From positions 255,301-319,300 of the forward strand of contig CAVYJG010000022.1 of assembly GCA_963768695.1 (NCBI GenBank): 64,000 bases of DNA, read 5' to 3'. This document shows positions 48,819-58,820 of this stretch, piece after piece; within the stretch, counting starts at the first letter, position 1; each line of letters opens with the position of its first letter. Source of the stretch: an uncultured Acidobacteriota bacterium (lineage in GTDB: Bacteria; Acidobacteriota; Terriglobia; UBA7540). The position numbers were made by a program, and so were the translations under genes. The notes below the pieces were generated by a model. The model saw only the letters and a program-made list of their open reading frames with translations, ran no database searches and had not been told where the DNA came from.

Positions 48819-51574
48819 CTATCGCGGTAGTTTCGAGACGAACTGATAACTGCCGGATGCCAGTTCGAAGACCGCCTTGTCTTTCTCCATCCCGCTGAAC
48901 CGGACTCCCCTGGCCTGGGCCGCCGGGTGTCCCCTTTCAGTCACCGCCTCTGGCGTGCTGGAGGGCAGGTACAGCGTGGCGCTCGTTCCCGGCGGAACGG
49001 TCGCGTCCATACGCAGGGCGCCGTTTTCAATCCGCCAGTTGCTGACGATCATTCCGTGAACGGACTTGAAGCTCGTTCGCGCGAAGGTGAGTCCGCCCAC
49101 CGGCGACGGCTTCAGGAAGAAATGGCGGAAGCCCGGCGCCTTCTCGTCCGCCCGAATGCCTCCGATGCCTTCGATGAACCATGCGCCGACGGAGATCAGC
49201 GTGTCATGGATATGGGATTCACCGAACCAGCTTTCCCAACTCGTGGTGGCGCCCTGTTCGAGCATGTAGCCCCAGCTTGGGAAGTCCTTCTTGCTGACCA
49301 TCCGGTAAATCAGATCGTTGCGGTCGTCCTCCATGAGCTCCTTGAGCAGAAAGTAGGTGCCGTGCATGCCGGAGTTGAAGTGGCCGCTGTCCTTGACCAG
49401 GATGGTGTCTTCCAGGTTCTTGGACACCGATGCTCGCAACTCCGGCGGAACGATTCCGAGCAGCAGCGCCAGTGCCAGATAAGGCTGCTGACCGGTGGCG
49501 TAGCTATCAGGGGCGACGAAATATCGTTCGTGCAGCGTGCGGCTCAGCACGGCCGCCCGTTCCGTGTACATCGCGGCATCGGCGGGCTTGTCCAGGATCG
49601 CCGCGATCTTGGCGGCTATTTGCAGGGTATAGAGGTAGTGCGCGTTGTTGATAAAACGCGCGCTGATAGGGTTTCGAGAGGGGTCATTGCCGGCTGCCTG
49701 TTCCGCTTGGCCCGGTGTTACCCAGTCGCCGAGGTAATTCCATTGCGCCAGGCTCATTCCGACGCTGAGGTAGGGTTCCAGAATGTTGTCCTTTGTCTTC
49801 GAATCGGCGAAGGCCAGCCACTTCCGGATCATCGGGTAGTTGGCCTCCAGAATCCCCTTGTCGCCATAGTTCAGGTAAACCTGCCAGGGCATGGTCACCA
49901 CGAAACCGCACCACATCGGACCGCCTCCACCCTCGTCCGGGTAATTGGGGGCGGTGTACGGCAGGTCGCCGGATTGGGGATCCTGCGCATCGCGCCAGTT
50001 GGCGGCCCAGCGGTTGTAGAGGCCCCCGGTGTCGAAGTTGTACAGGGCAGTTTCGAGCGAGGTCCCGGCGTCGCCGCCGTAGCCGAGGCGTTCGCGTGTG
50101 GGGCAATCCACCACGTAGCCGTTGAGCGTGAGGCACTCGTAAGTCCAGGTCACGAGGCGGTAGATGCGGTTCAACAGGTCGTCGGACGACTCGAATTCGC
50201 CGCTGCGCCCGTAGCTGGTGCGCATGAAATAGCCCCGCACATCCTCGGCACGGGCGCCTGGTTCAAACCCGTGACGTGTGCGTAGCGGAAAGCGTGGTAG
50301 TTGAACCGCGAGCGTACCACCTGGTTCGGCCCCGCGCGGGTCACGTACTCGTCGCGCTGGTTATACGTGCCGTAACGGCCTCCGGCCGGCGGATTGTCGG
50401 CAAACTCGACTTTGAGGCTATTGCCGGCTGTCATCCCGTGGGGCAGGCGCAATTCCAGCCAGCCCGTGTAGTTCTTGCCCATGTCGATCAGCCAGCCGCC
50501 GTCCGGCGTCTTGTCGATCTTCACTGGCCGAAGCGTTTCCAGGATGCGGTTGGGCTCGACCATCTGTGCCGACGTGGTCACCTTCGGCGGGTCAAACGTT
50601 GCGGCTGACTCCCAGGCGGAATCGTCCAGCTTGACGCCGTTCCAGTCTTTCACCTCCAGCCGGGCGTCATAGTGTTCCCCGCCATAATCTCCGAACGCCG
50701 TGCCCCTGCCTAGCGGGGTAATCGGGCTGGCTTTCGCTTTCCACGTGCTGTCGGTTCCCACCGCCACCAACTTGCCATCCGGCAACGAGATATCAAACTG
50801 CGCACGGGCCAGCGGCCCGTCGTAAACCACGCCCGGATGCCCCCGCACGTACCATCCCCTGCCCAGCCACAGCGCTACCGTGTTGCTGCCTTCCACCAGG
50901 TAGTCGGTGATATCGTGCGTCAAATACCAGTTGCGCTTGGAATAATCCACCACCGCCGGGGCCAGAACGTAGTCATCGACTTTCTTCCCGTTGACGTAGA
51001 GTTCGTAGTAGCCCAGCGCATTCACAGAGGCCGTGCCGCGCCGCGGTTTCCTGGGGAGCGTGAAGGTCTTGCGCAGCCAGGGGAAGGGCAAGGGAGCGCC
51101 TTCCTTGACGCCGGCGGGACGCGCCAGACCGATCCAGCGGCCGTACCATTCCGAGTCGCGAAGCACTCCCATTGACCAATGGGCTGGGGCACTCCACGGC
51201 GTTACGTGGCCATCCTGATCCCAGACGCGGACTTTCCACCAGGCCTCAGCTCCCGAGCCCAGCGGCCGCCCCGCATAAGCCACGAACGCAGTCCGATCGG
51301 AGATGACCTTGCCGGAATCCCAGAGGTCACCCTGGTTTTGCCGGAGGCTCGCCGGGCTGCCCGCCACCAGGACTTGGAAGGCACTCTGCTGCCGGCCGCC
51401 GAGTCCGGGTGGCAGCGTCCAGCTCAGGCGCGGTTTTTCCACGTCGATGCCCAGCGGATTCGAGAGGTACTCGCAGCGCAGCCCTTCCACGGGCAACGTG
51501 GTCTGTCCGGATGCAACGCGGCTGGCCGGGACCAGCGATACCATGATCAGAACACCAGTGACGACTGCTCTCAT
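48819..51574 (-). pseudogene. GH78 alpha-L-rhamnosidase interrupted by a single-base frameshift
   Basis: The N-terminal ORF (50171..51595; LRCEYLSNPLGIDVEKPRLSW) and C-terminal ORF (48819..50240; six-hairpin part) overlap in different frames. Homology switches at ..HVTGLNQAPV / AEDVRGYFMRTSYGRSGEFESSDDLLNRIY. The span length of 2756 nt is not divisible by 3. Confidence 0.8.
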
Positions 51575-51878
51575 TCGACAATCTCCTTGGAACATCTGTC
51601 GCCTCTGAAACGGGACCTCTTACTTGAACAGCAGCCGTGCAAGATCGCGCAGATCTCCGGTGGAGGAATTACCACTCCCTGCGACGAGGGTCAAGTGGAA
51701 ACTTCCGTCGAGCGGCAGGACGGTGGGCGGCTCCATGGAAGGGTCCGTCGATGTGCGCATGATTGCTTCCATCAGCCGCGGCATGGAGAAGATGGTGAGG
51801 TATTCGAAGGGACTCTTCGTATTCTGTAGCACGCTATTTCCCTCGCCACAGCCGTTCCGTGTGGGTTACCTTTACGGA

Positions 51879-54419
51879 ATGAAACCCTGTCTTATCTGTT
51901 TTCTGCTGTGTTCATGGCTCGCGTGTGCAACAGCAGTTCGAAGTCAGGAGACGCCGGACGGCTCCCAGTGGACGATCTATATCACGAACGACACCTGCTT
52001 TGATTACACCTGGGCTCTAAACGAGGAAGAAAGCCGTCAGAGTTCAGCCGACCTCGTGCTTTCCCACCTCGAACAAATGACCAAAACTGATGGCGAAAAG
52101 CCGGAAAACCGCGATCGCTTTAATATGCCTGTTACGCAACAGGCACTTTGCTTTATCGAGCGCTATCCGGATCGGAAGGCGGAACTCCTTCGCCGCATCA
52201 GAGAGGGCCGGGTGTACGTCAGTCCATTCTTGAACAACACCCTTTGGGGATTCCAGAGTCTCGAGGGTGCGATCCGCTCTCTTTACCCGGCCCGTCGATT
52301 GGAAAAAGAGTGGGGGATTCCCTTGGACTGTGCCGAGCACATCGAACTCCCTTCACTTCCCTGGGGTGTCGCGTCCATTCTCTCGGGCTGTGGCATCCGC
52401 TGGCTGTTGGTTCCCTTCCTCGATTACGACTCAACCTTTTCTGGCCTGAAGAACCCGCCGTTGTTCAACTTTGAAGGGCCCGACGGAAGCCGGATTCGGG
52501 TGGTGATGGATACCTGGGCATCTCTAAAAGCGAGTTACCAGCAGGGGGCGTCAATACTCAAGCAGCCTAGGCAGATCCTGGATGAATGGGTACCGCACTA
52601 CGAAAGGCTCGGGGAAGCTTATCCCCTAAGGGCGATATTGGCCAGCGGAACTCACAGCGACCTCTCCCTAACCAGCTCTTCCCAGACCCAGGGGTTTGCC
52701 GATGGTATAATCGAACACAACAGTCACCCTGGTGCTCACCCGGCCCTCGTCAATGCCACGCTTCCGCAGTTCTGCCGGGTCGTGGAACAAGTCGAGAACG
52801 CCCGTCCCTTCATGCCGACCGTCCGCGGCTCGTTCGGCCACTCCTGGGAGCTTTGGCCTGTGACGCTGGCGAAGTATGCCGCCGAGTTGCGCGTAACCGA
52901 GCAAAAATACTTAGCCGCCGAGACCCTGCTCGCCCTCGCCGCGATGCGCCATCCTGAGGTCCTCCCGGCCTCCCGGGCCGATCGCCTCCAGGCTGAGTGG
53001 GACTGGGCGATGCTGGGCGATCATGCCTGGAATGGCTCGTCCGACGGTAACCGCATCGTCAATGCGGACCTTCGGCGGCAATGGAGTGATGAATTTGGCC
53101 GCCTGGCCGAGAGTGTCTCCCGACAGGCTTGGACGGCTCTTGGGTTTGACCCGAACGATCATGCGGTCACCCTCTTCAACAGCCTGAGTTTTCCACGAAC
53201 TGACCTTGTTCGTCTCGAAGTCCCGGCCGGAATAAACGCAGTTCTCTTGCATGGCACGGCGTTACCATCACAATGGGTCGAAGAAGATGGGAACCGTGTG
53301 CTCTACTTCATCTCACCCAAACTGGCTGGGTTTGCCATGAAAACGCTTGAGCTGCGGTCAACCCCGGGAACACAAGCCAGGACCGACAAGCTTGTGGCAA
53401 CAGATGCCCAACTGGAGAGCCCTTATTATCGGGTCAAAGTAGACCGCGTGACGGGAGGTGCGGCGAGTCTTCTTTTCAAGCCTTCGGGGACGGAATTGGT
53501 GGTGGGCAGTAGGAAACGTACCCTCGGCCAAATGGTGTTCTTCGATGGAAGCGAGCACGTGCTAACCGCTGTGAGGTCGGAAGTGGTTGCGTTGGGGCCT
53601 GTGCTGGCAAGAATCAAGATCACGGGCACTACGGAAGGAATCGAAATTACCACCTTCATCACGTTGTATGCCGACCTTGATCGCGTGGACTTTGATTACC
53701 GCATCAAGAAACCCGTCACTACTCAGGAGCAACGTTTGGCGCAAGTGTTCCCCGTGATGCGCGCAGGTTCGGTTGAGCGAATCGAGGACCCCGGGGCGGT
53801 CGTCCGATTCCATCTGCAGCCCGAGGGGGATTTGTTGCCGGGTGCAGATACACGGAGGTCAGCCGTGCAGGACTTCGTTGATGTCTCACTCCCTGCCGGT
53901 CCGGGTGTGACCATTGCGCCTCTCGAAGCCTTTGCACTGCGCAGTGACTTGGACCCGATCACTTTCGAAGCTTTGGGTAATGATCAGAACTATAAAGAGG
54001 TTACCAAAAACCAGGACGGCGTCACAGACTTCCGTTTCCGTTACTCGCTCAGGGCACACGCCGGAGCTTTCAGTGGCCCACAGTCATTCGAATGGAGCCG
54101 TGGCGTCCGTTCGCCGCTCCTGGCAGTCCTGGGGAATTTGCCGCAACCGGATTCCGTGAAACGCGTTGCGGTTGACCCATCGCACGTTGTCGTAACCTGT
54201 CTGAAGCCGGCGGATGACCCGGCCCTCGGAGGCGTCGTTTTGCGGGTTTGGGAAGTGGGAGGGAAGTCTGGGCCAGTAACTTTTGGCGTTCGGGGTTTTC
54301 GGCGAGCAATTCGGACCGACTTACTGGAACGAAACCTCAAAGTTCTCCGCATGGAGAATGGGGAATTCAAACTCGATCTACGTGGCCATGGCTTTGCCGC
54401 CGTCCGGTTGCTGGATTGA
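51879..54419 (+). CDS. Secreted GH38-like (alpha-mannosidase family) protein, divergent
   Basis: Start set at MKPCLICFLLCSWLACATAVRSQ. The overall length and N-terminal layout (WTIYITNDTCFDYTW...GRVYVSPFLNNTLWGFQSLEGAIRSLYPARRLEKEWGI) resemble GH38, but the usual HSHxD motif is not evident. Confidence 0.45.
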   Translation: MKPCLICFLLCSWLACATAVRSQETPDGSQWTIYITNDTCFDYTWALNEEESRQSSADLVLSHLEQMTKTDGEKPENRDRFNMPVTQQALCFIERYPDRKAELLRRIREGRVYVSPFLNNTLWGFQSLEGAIRSLYPARRLEKEWGIPLDCAEHIELPSLPWGVASILSGCGIRWLLVPFLDYDSTFSGLKNPPLFNFEGPDGSRIRVVMDTWASLKASYQQGASILKQPRQILDEWVPHYERLGEAYPLRAILASGTHSDLSLTSSSQTQGFADGIIEHNSHPGAHPALVNATLPQFCRVVEQVENARPFMPTVRGSFGHSWELWPVTLAKYAAELRVTEQKYLAAETLLALAAMRHPEVLPASRADRLQAEWDWAMLGDHAWNGSSDGNRIVNADLRRQWSDEFGRLAESVSRQAWTALGFDPNDHAVTLFNSLSFPRTDLVRLEVPAGINAVLLHGTALPSQWVEEDGNRVLYFISPKLAGFAMKTLELRSTPGTQARTDKLVATDAQLESPYYRVKVDRVTGGAASLLFKPSGTELVVGSRKRTLGQMVFFDGSEHVLTAVRSEVVALGPVLARIKITGTTEGIEITTFITLYADLDRVDFDYRIKKPVTTQEQRLAQVFPVMRAGSVERIEDPGAVVRFHLQPEGDLLPGADTRRSAVQDFVDVSLPAGPGVTIAPLEAFALRSDLDPITFEALGNDQNYKEVTKNQDGVTDFRFRYSLRAHAGAFSGPQSFEWSRGVRSPLLAVLGNLPQPDSVKRVAVDPSHVVVTCLKPADDPALGGVVLRVWEVGGKSGPVTFGVRGFRRAIRTDLLERNLKVLRMENGEFKLDLRGHGFAAVRLLD

Positions 54420-54619
54420 CAGCCGAGGCGCGGTCCTTCAATTGAAGTTAAGTCATTAAAGAACAAGGTTTTGCTCAGAGTCTATGTCGCATTTGGTACT
54501 CCTGTTGGTGCCGAACCAGACACGTGAATACCGCCTTGCGGTGCGCGGGTGGTGCAGTTCTCGTTGCGCCTGGATTTCTAAGGACCTCGCTCCCGGCCCG
54601 AGCGCGTTAATGAGCTGAA

Positions 54620-55030
54620 TCAGAGGTGGAATGTCGCTTCCATCACTTCCACGGCGTTCCCGCCGACGCGAACGTTCACGATCCTGTCGCCTTGTTCTTC
54701 AGCTCGCACGAATATCTGGCTCGGGCGTTTGATCTCAACTCCTTGCCGGATGTGAACTCCCTCGCCGGGCTTGGCGATTCTGTAGCGCACCATCCATGCA
54801 GCCGTGCATCCGGCTGCGGAGCCAGTGGCCGGGTCCTCGCCGTCGGGAAAGATGGCGCGTGAACGGAGCCCCACCTCCGTATCTCCGGTGTCGCGAGTGA
54901 TGTAATAAAAATCGGTTGAGTTCTCTTTCCCAAAGTATGGCCGAATCTTCTTCAAGTCTGGCTCGAGTGACTGCAACGTGCTCAAACGTCTGATGGGAAC
55001 AATGGCGAAAGGCAGGCCTGTCGATACGAA
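54620..55030 (-). pseudogene. PhzF-family isomerase, C-terminal half only
   Basis: ..FVSTGLPFAIVPIRRLSTLQSLEPD...FYYITRD...RSRAIFPDGEDPATGSAAGCTAAWMV. The N-terminal half is missing and the fragment is fused to an SDR fragment at about 55026..55045. Confidence 0.6.
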
Positions 55031-55553
55031 TGCCCTGTTTTGCATATTCCATCGCCAGGCTCCGCGTGACGGTCTGAAGGCCTCCTTTCGTGATCATCGG
55101 GAGCGACCCGTTTACTCCGGCGATGGGATGATCCGCCTGCGAGGCGGTGATATTGACGATGCTTCCACCGATCCCTTGCGCCAACATCTGCTTGACCACG
55201 CGCTGGGTGATGAAAACAAAGCCTTCAATGTTGACGGAAAGGAGAGAGCGCAAGTCATCGATCGTGTAATCGGTAAAATGCTTCGAGAAATCGATGCCGG
55301 CGTCGTTGACGAGCGCGTCGATTCGGCCAAATCGGGCCAAAGCCGTCGCGACGATGTTCGCAGCGGTGCTCGGGTCGCCGATGTCTCCATCGATCAGCGC
55401 AAGACGCTCCGACGGCGGAAAGGGGTTTACCTTGGTAATGGTCCGCGAGCTCGCCACGACGCTCTAACCACGTTGCAGGAGCGCTTCCACGGCTCCCGCG
55501 CCGATGCCCTGTGAGGCGCCGGTCACGACTGCGGTCTTCGGTGAGTCTGCCAT
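55026..55553 (-). pseudogene. Short-chain dehydrogenase/reductase with an in-frame TAG and a truncated 3' end
   Basis: MADSPKTAVVTGASQGIGAGAVEALLQRG*SVVASSR... (TAG at 55466..55464 where SDRs have Tyr/Phe). It continues ..IDALVNDAG...VNITAS...LAMEYAKQGIRI, then runs out of frame into PhzF sequence. Confidence 0.7.
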
Positions 55554-55591
55554 TTCTGAGTGCCTCCTGAAACAGGTTGCGTTTGCCGCCG

Positions 55592-56446
55592 CTACCTCCT
55601 GAAGTCACGGACAAGCTGAGCGATGTGATCCGCGGCGGTATCCAGAGCGAAATGCCCTCCATCGACGACATGCACTTCCGCCTTCGGCACGTCGCGGCGA
55701 TAAGCCTCCGGCTCGGAGGGGTCGAACGAGAGCTCGTACTTGCCCCAGATCACCAGCAGTTGCGGCTGCTTCTCGCGCATCCACGCCTGCCACTTGGGGT
55801 AGGCGTGGACGTTGGTGCGGTAGTCGTAGAAAAGGTCGGTTTGAATGTCTGCCTGTACGGGCTGACTGAGAAAGGCAAATTCGTCGGTCCACAGGTCAGG
55901 GTCGTAGCGCTCCACGTCGGGATCGCTCCCCACATGGCGCGTGCGCGTTGCCACCAGCGACAGAAGATTGGCGCGGAGGGCGCTCTCATTTCCGGCGCGA
56001 TCCGCCCAAAATGCCCGCCGTGTCTTCCAATTAGGCCCCAGGCCTTCGTTGTGCGCCACCGCGTCCTGGACGATCAGAGCCTCGATCCGGTCCGGATGGG
56101 CCAGGGCCATGCGAAAGCCCACCGGGCCGCCGTAATCCTGCATGTAAAGCGTATAGCGCGAGAGTCCGAGCGTTTCGGCGAAGTGATTCATAACATCGGC
56201 GATATGGTCGAAAGTGTATGAGAATTGCTTCGGGTCCGGCCAGTCGCTGTGGCCGAAGCCTGGGTAATCCGGCGCGACAAGGTGATAGCGATCAGAAAGC
56301 CGGGCGAAAAGAGGCTCGAACATCCGTGAGGAAGAAGGAAGTCCGTGCAGCAGCAGGAGTGTTGGCGCGCCTTTCGGCCCGGCCTCCCGGTAAAAAATGG
56401 AGAGGCCGTCGACCTGTGCAGTGCGATACCGAGTTGAGTGTTCCAC
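55592..56446 (-). CDS. Alpha/beta hydrolase (epoxide hydrolase / haloalkane dehalogenase-like)
   Basis: LLLLHGLPSSSRMF, APDYPGFGHSD, MQDYGGPVGF (nucleophile elbow), C-terminal GGHFAL. Confidence 0.85.
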   Translation of the reverse strand: MEHSTRYRTAQVDGLSIFYREAGPKGAPTLLLLHGLPSSSRMFEPLFARLSDRYHLVAPDYPGFGHSDWPDPKQFSYTFDHIADVMNHFAETLGLSRYTLYMQDYGGPVGFRMALAHPDRIEALIVQDAVAHNEGLGPNWKTRRAFWADRAGNESALRANLLSLVATRTRHVGSDPDVERYDPDLWTDEFAFLSQPVQADIQTDLFYDYRTNVHAYPKWQAWMREKQPQLLVIWGKYELSFDPSEPEAYRRDVPKAEVHVVDGGHFALDTAADHIAQLVRDFRR

Positions 56447-56466
56447 GAAGCGTTCCCTCCCTTGCG

Positions 56467-56988
56467 CTAAGGCGACAAACTGAGAAGACGCATATCCAGC
56501 AGCGATGAGTTGGTGAGAAACGGTACATCATGAATCCCCCGAAGCGGAGGAACCGAGGTACGCCCGCCAACGTTGATGAAAATTTTGTCGGTTTCGAGGA
56601 CTTCATTGTTGACCACAACTGTGCGGGGCGACTGAAAGCGGGCATGGCCCTGGATGACCGTGCAATTCTTGAGTCCCCGCAGCCATTCCTCGACTGCCCG
56701 GCTCGAGCGTCCGGAAATTTCATCCTTGCGTGCCTTAACAAGTTTTATATCGACGCGTACATCGCCATTGACATCAAACCCAAATTCGGCGCCCCGGCGG
56801 GCAACATGGGCCGCATACGCGCTGGCAACCATGGTCTTGGTCAAAAAGCATCCCGTATTTACGCAAGTGCCGCCAAACTTGTGGCGTTCAATAATGGCGA
56901 CGGCCATGCCCGCGGCTGAAAATCGCGCCGCCAACGACGGGCCTGCCTGGCCGGTTCCGATGATGATTGCATCGAAATGCTGTGACAT
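56467..56988 (-). pseudogene. Pyridine nucleotide-disulfide oxidoreductase, N-terminal 173 aa only
   Basis: FDAIIIGTGQAGPSLA (FAD GxGxxG) and GGTCVNTGCFLTK (redox-active disulfide). The ORF stops about 21 nt before the next gene's start, at roughly a third of the normal family length. Confidence 0.65.
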
Positions 56989-57072
56989 GAACCACCTTCT
57001 CTAGGATCCAGGTTGAAGTCAATCCGGGAGAAGACTCCGGGAGTTTGCGCCGCCGCGTCAGCTTGCTGCGAT

Positions 57073-58254
57073 TTAAGCTGTCGCTCCCTGCGAAAAAGCG
57101 CTTTCGATTGTTCTGTCGGTCCCGCCGATGGCGAATTCTTGTGGGCCACTGGGGGTCTCGGCGGGCAAATTTGACAACCCGCTGGGGCGGCCTCGGAAGG
57201 ACTTGCTGCCTTGTTCCCGGGCAATTCCGAGCTTGCGCATTCTGTAGACCAGCGTAGTCCGCGGCAATCCCAGCCGCGCAGCGGCGCCATTGTCACCCCC
57301 AACCACCCATCGGGTGTCACGTAAGACTTCATTAATGTGGTCGCGCTCTGCCTCCGCCAGAGTTCGCTTCGATGCCGGCGAGGCTTTACCGGGGAGGCGT
57401 TTGAGATCGCCGAACTGCGGACGAAGGCCGGGCCCAGTGGACATGACGACGGCGCGCTTGATGACGTTTTCCAGCTCGCGAATATTGCCGGGCCAGTCAT
57501 ACGCTTTCAAGAAATCCATGACTTCGGGGGGAACGCTTTCGATCCTTCTTCCCATCTCGATCGAGAACTTAAGCACGAAATGCTTGACCAACGCGGGGAT
57601 GTCCTCCACCCTGTCGCGAAGCGGGGGAAGGGTGATCGGAAACACATTCAATCGATAGTAAAGGTCGGGTCTAAACCTTCGCTCCTCCACCATTCGAGCG
57701 AGATTCTGGTTTGTGGCGGCGACAATTCGGACGTCGATGCGAATTGTGCGCGTGCTGCCAAGCTTTTCCACCATCTGGTCCTGGAGGACGCGCAACAGCT
57801 TGGGTTGCAGCTCGAGAGGCAGCTCGCCGATTTCATCCAGAAACAGCGTGCCCTTGTCAGCAAGTTGAAACCGCCCGAGCCGGGTCGAAACGGCTCCCGT
57901 GAAAGCGCCCCGGTCATGGCCAAAGAGCTCGCTTTCAAGCAGTCCGGCAGGAATCGCCGCACAATTCAGTTTCACAAACGGCCCATTCCGCCGCGGGCTG
58001 TAATCGTGTATGGCCTGGGCCATGACTTCCTTTCCCGTTCCTGTCTCACCCTCAAGTAGAACCGCGTAAGGCGTCGGCGCAACCGTCTCGACCTGCTGAC
58101 GAACCAACTTGAAGCACTGGCTCGAACCTATGATCTCGTTGCCGAAAGCCCTTTCGTCCGATGGCAAGCATGGCGGCAGAAATTCTGAACGATTCATATG
58201 CTCTGTTTCTCTCAAGAGGCACCTCCATATCGTCGGTCCGCTCATAGAATCCAT
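57073..58254 (-). CDS. Sigma-54-dependent transcriptional activator (AAA+ plus Fis-type HTH) lacking an N-terminal sensory domain
   Basis: IIGSSQCFKLVRQQV...[12 protein letters not shown] (Walker A), ESELFGHDRGAFTGA (GAFTGA), LFLDEIGE (Walker B), RFRPDLYYRLNV, and the C-terminal HTH AAARLGLPRTTLVYRMRKLGI. Only about 45 aa precede the AAA+ core. Confidence 0.85.
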   Translation of the reverse strand: MDSMSGPTIWRCLLRETEHMNRSEFLPPCLPSDERAFGNEIIGSSQCFKLVRQQVETVAPTPYAVLLEGETGTGKEVMAQAIHDYSPRRNGPFVKLNCAAIPAGLLESELFGHDRGAFTGAVSTRLGRFQLADKGTLFLDEIGELPLELQPKLLRVLQDQMVEKLGSTRTIRIDVRIVAATNQNLARMVEERRFRPDLYYRLNVFPITLPPLRDRVEDIPALVKHFVLKFSIEMGRRIESVPPEVMDFLKAYDWPGNIRELENVIKRAVVMSTGPGLRPQFGDLKRLPGKASPASKRTLAEAERDHINEVLRDTRWVVGGDNGAAARLGLPRTTLVYRMRKLGIAREQGSKSFRGRPSGLSNLPAETPSGPQEFAIGGTDRTIESAFSQGATA

Positions 58255-58375
58255 GCGAATCCGACTCTTCCAAGGCGAGCAGTCGCCCGGCCTTGGGGAC
58301 TTGCGTTGCGAGCAATTATTGATTTCTCTGCCCTGGTACTACTGGTCGATTCTTCGGGACGGTGTAGAAGATTTT

Positions 58376-58645
58376 CTAACCTGGGTTACGCACCTTGAGC
58401 AGCTCGGCGACAAAGCCCGAACAATTCACGATGGAAACACCACGGGTGGCAAGCCGATGAAAAAAAGCCACCCCCTTGCGGTCGATGAACGACACGCCCG
58501 CGAGGTCCAAGGTGAGGCGTTGGCCAGCAGCCAAGGCCCGCTCACAGGACAAGTCGAGCTCATCCACCGCCTCGCCGATCAACTGGCCTTCCAAGAGCAA
58601 GGTCAGTGCATCAGGCCTCGAGTCGGTAATCGTAATCCTAACCAT
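58376..58645 (-). CDS. STAS-domain protein (anti-sigma-antagonist fold), non-phosphorylatable variant
   Basis: MVRITITDSRPDALTLLLEGQLIGEAVDELDLSCERALAAGQRLTLDLAGVSFIDRKGVAFFHRL. The position of the SpoIIAA DSSG serine reads DRKG. The start was trimmed from the 141-aa ORF. Confidence 0.6.
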   Translation of the reverse strand: MVRITITDSRPDALTLLLEGQLIGEAVDELDLSCERALAAGQRLTLDLAGVSFIDRKGVAFFHRLATRGVSIVNCSGFVAELLKVRNPG

Positions 58646-58820
58646 CCGTTGGACACCTTCAGCCCGCCTTTCCTGATGCACGTCAAGCGCCAGCTTGCGC
58701 TCGGGGCCTCGACAATGACCCTTACGATTGAAAATAAAGGAGATGGCTGATTCTCGGGGAACTAGTTGGGTTGGGCTCTTCACGGCATTCCGTGAGGGCA
58801 AAACGGCTGACCGTCAATAC

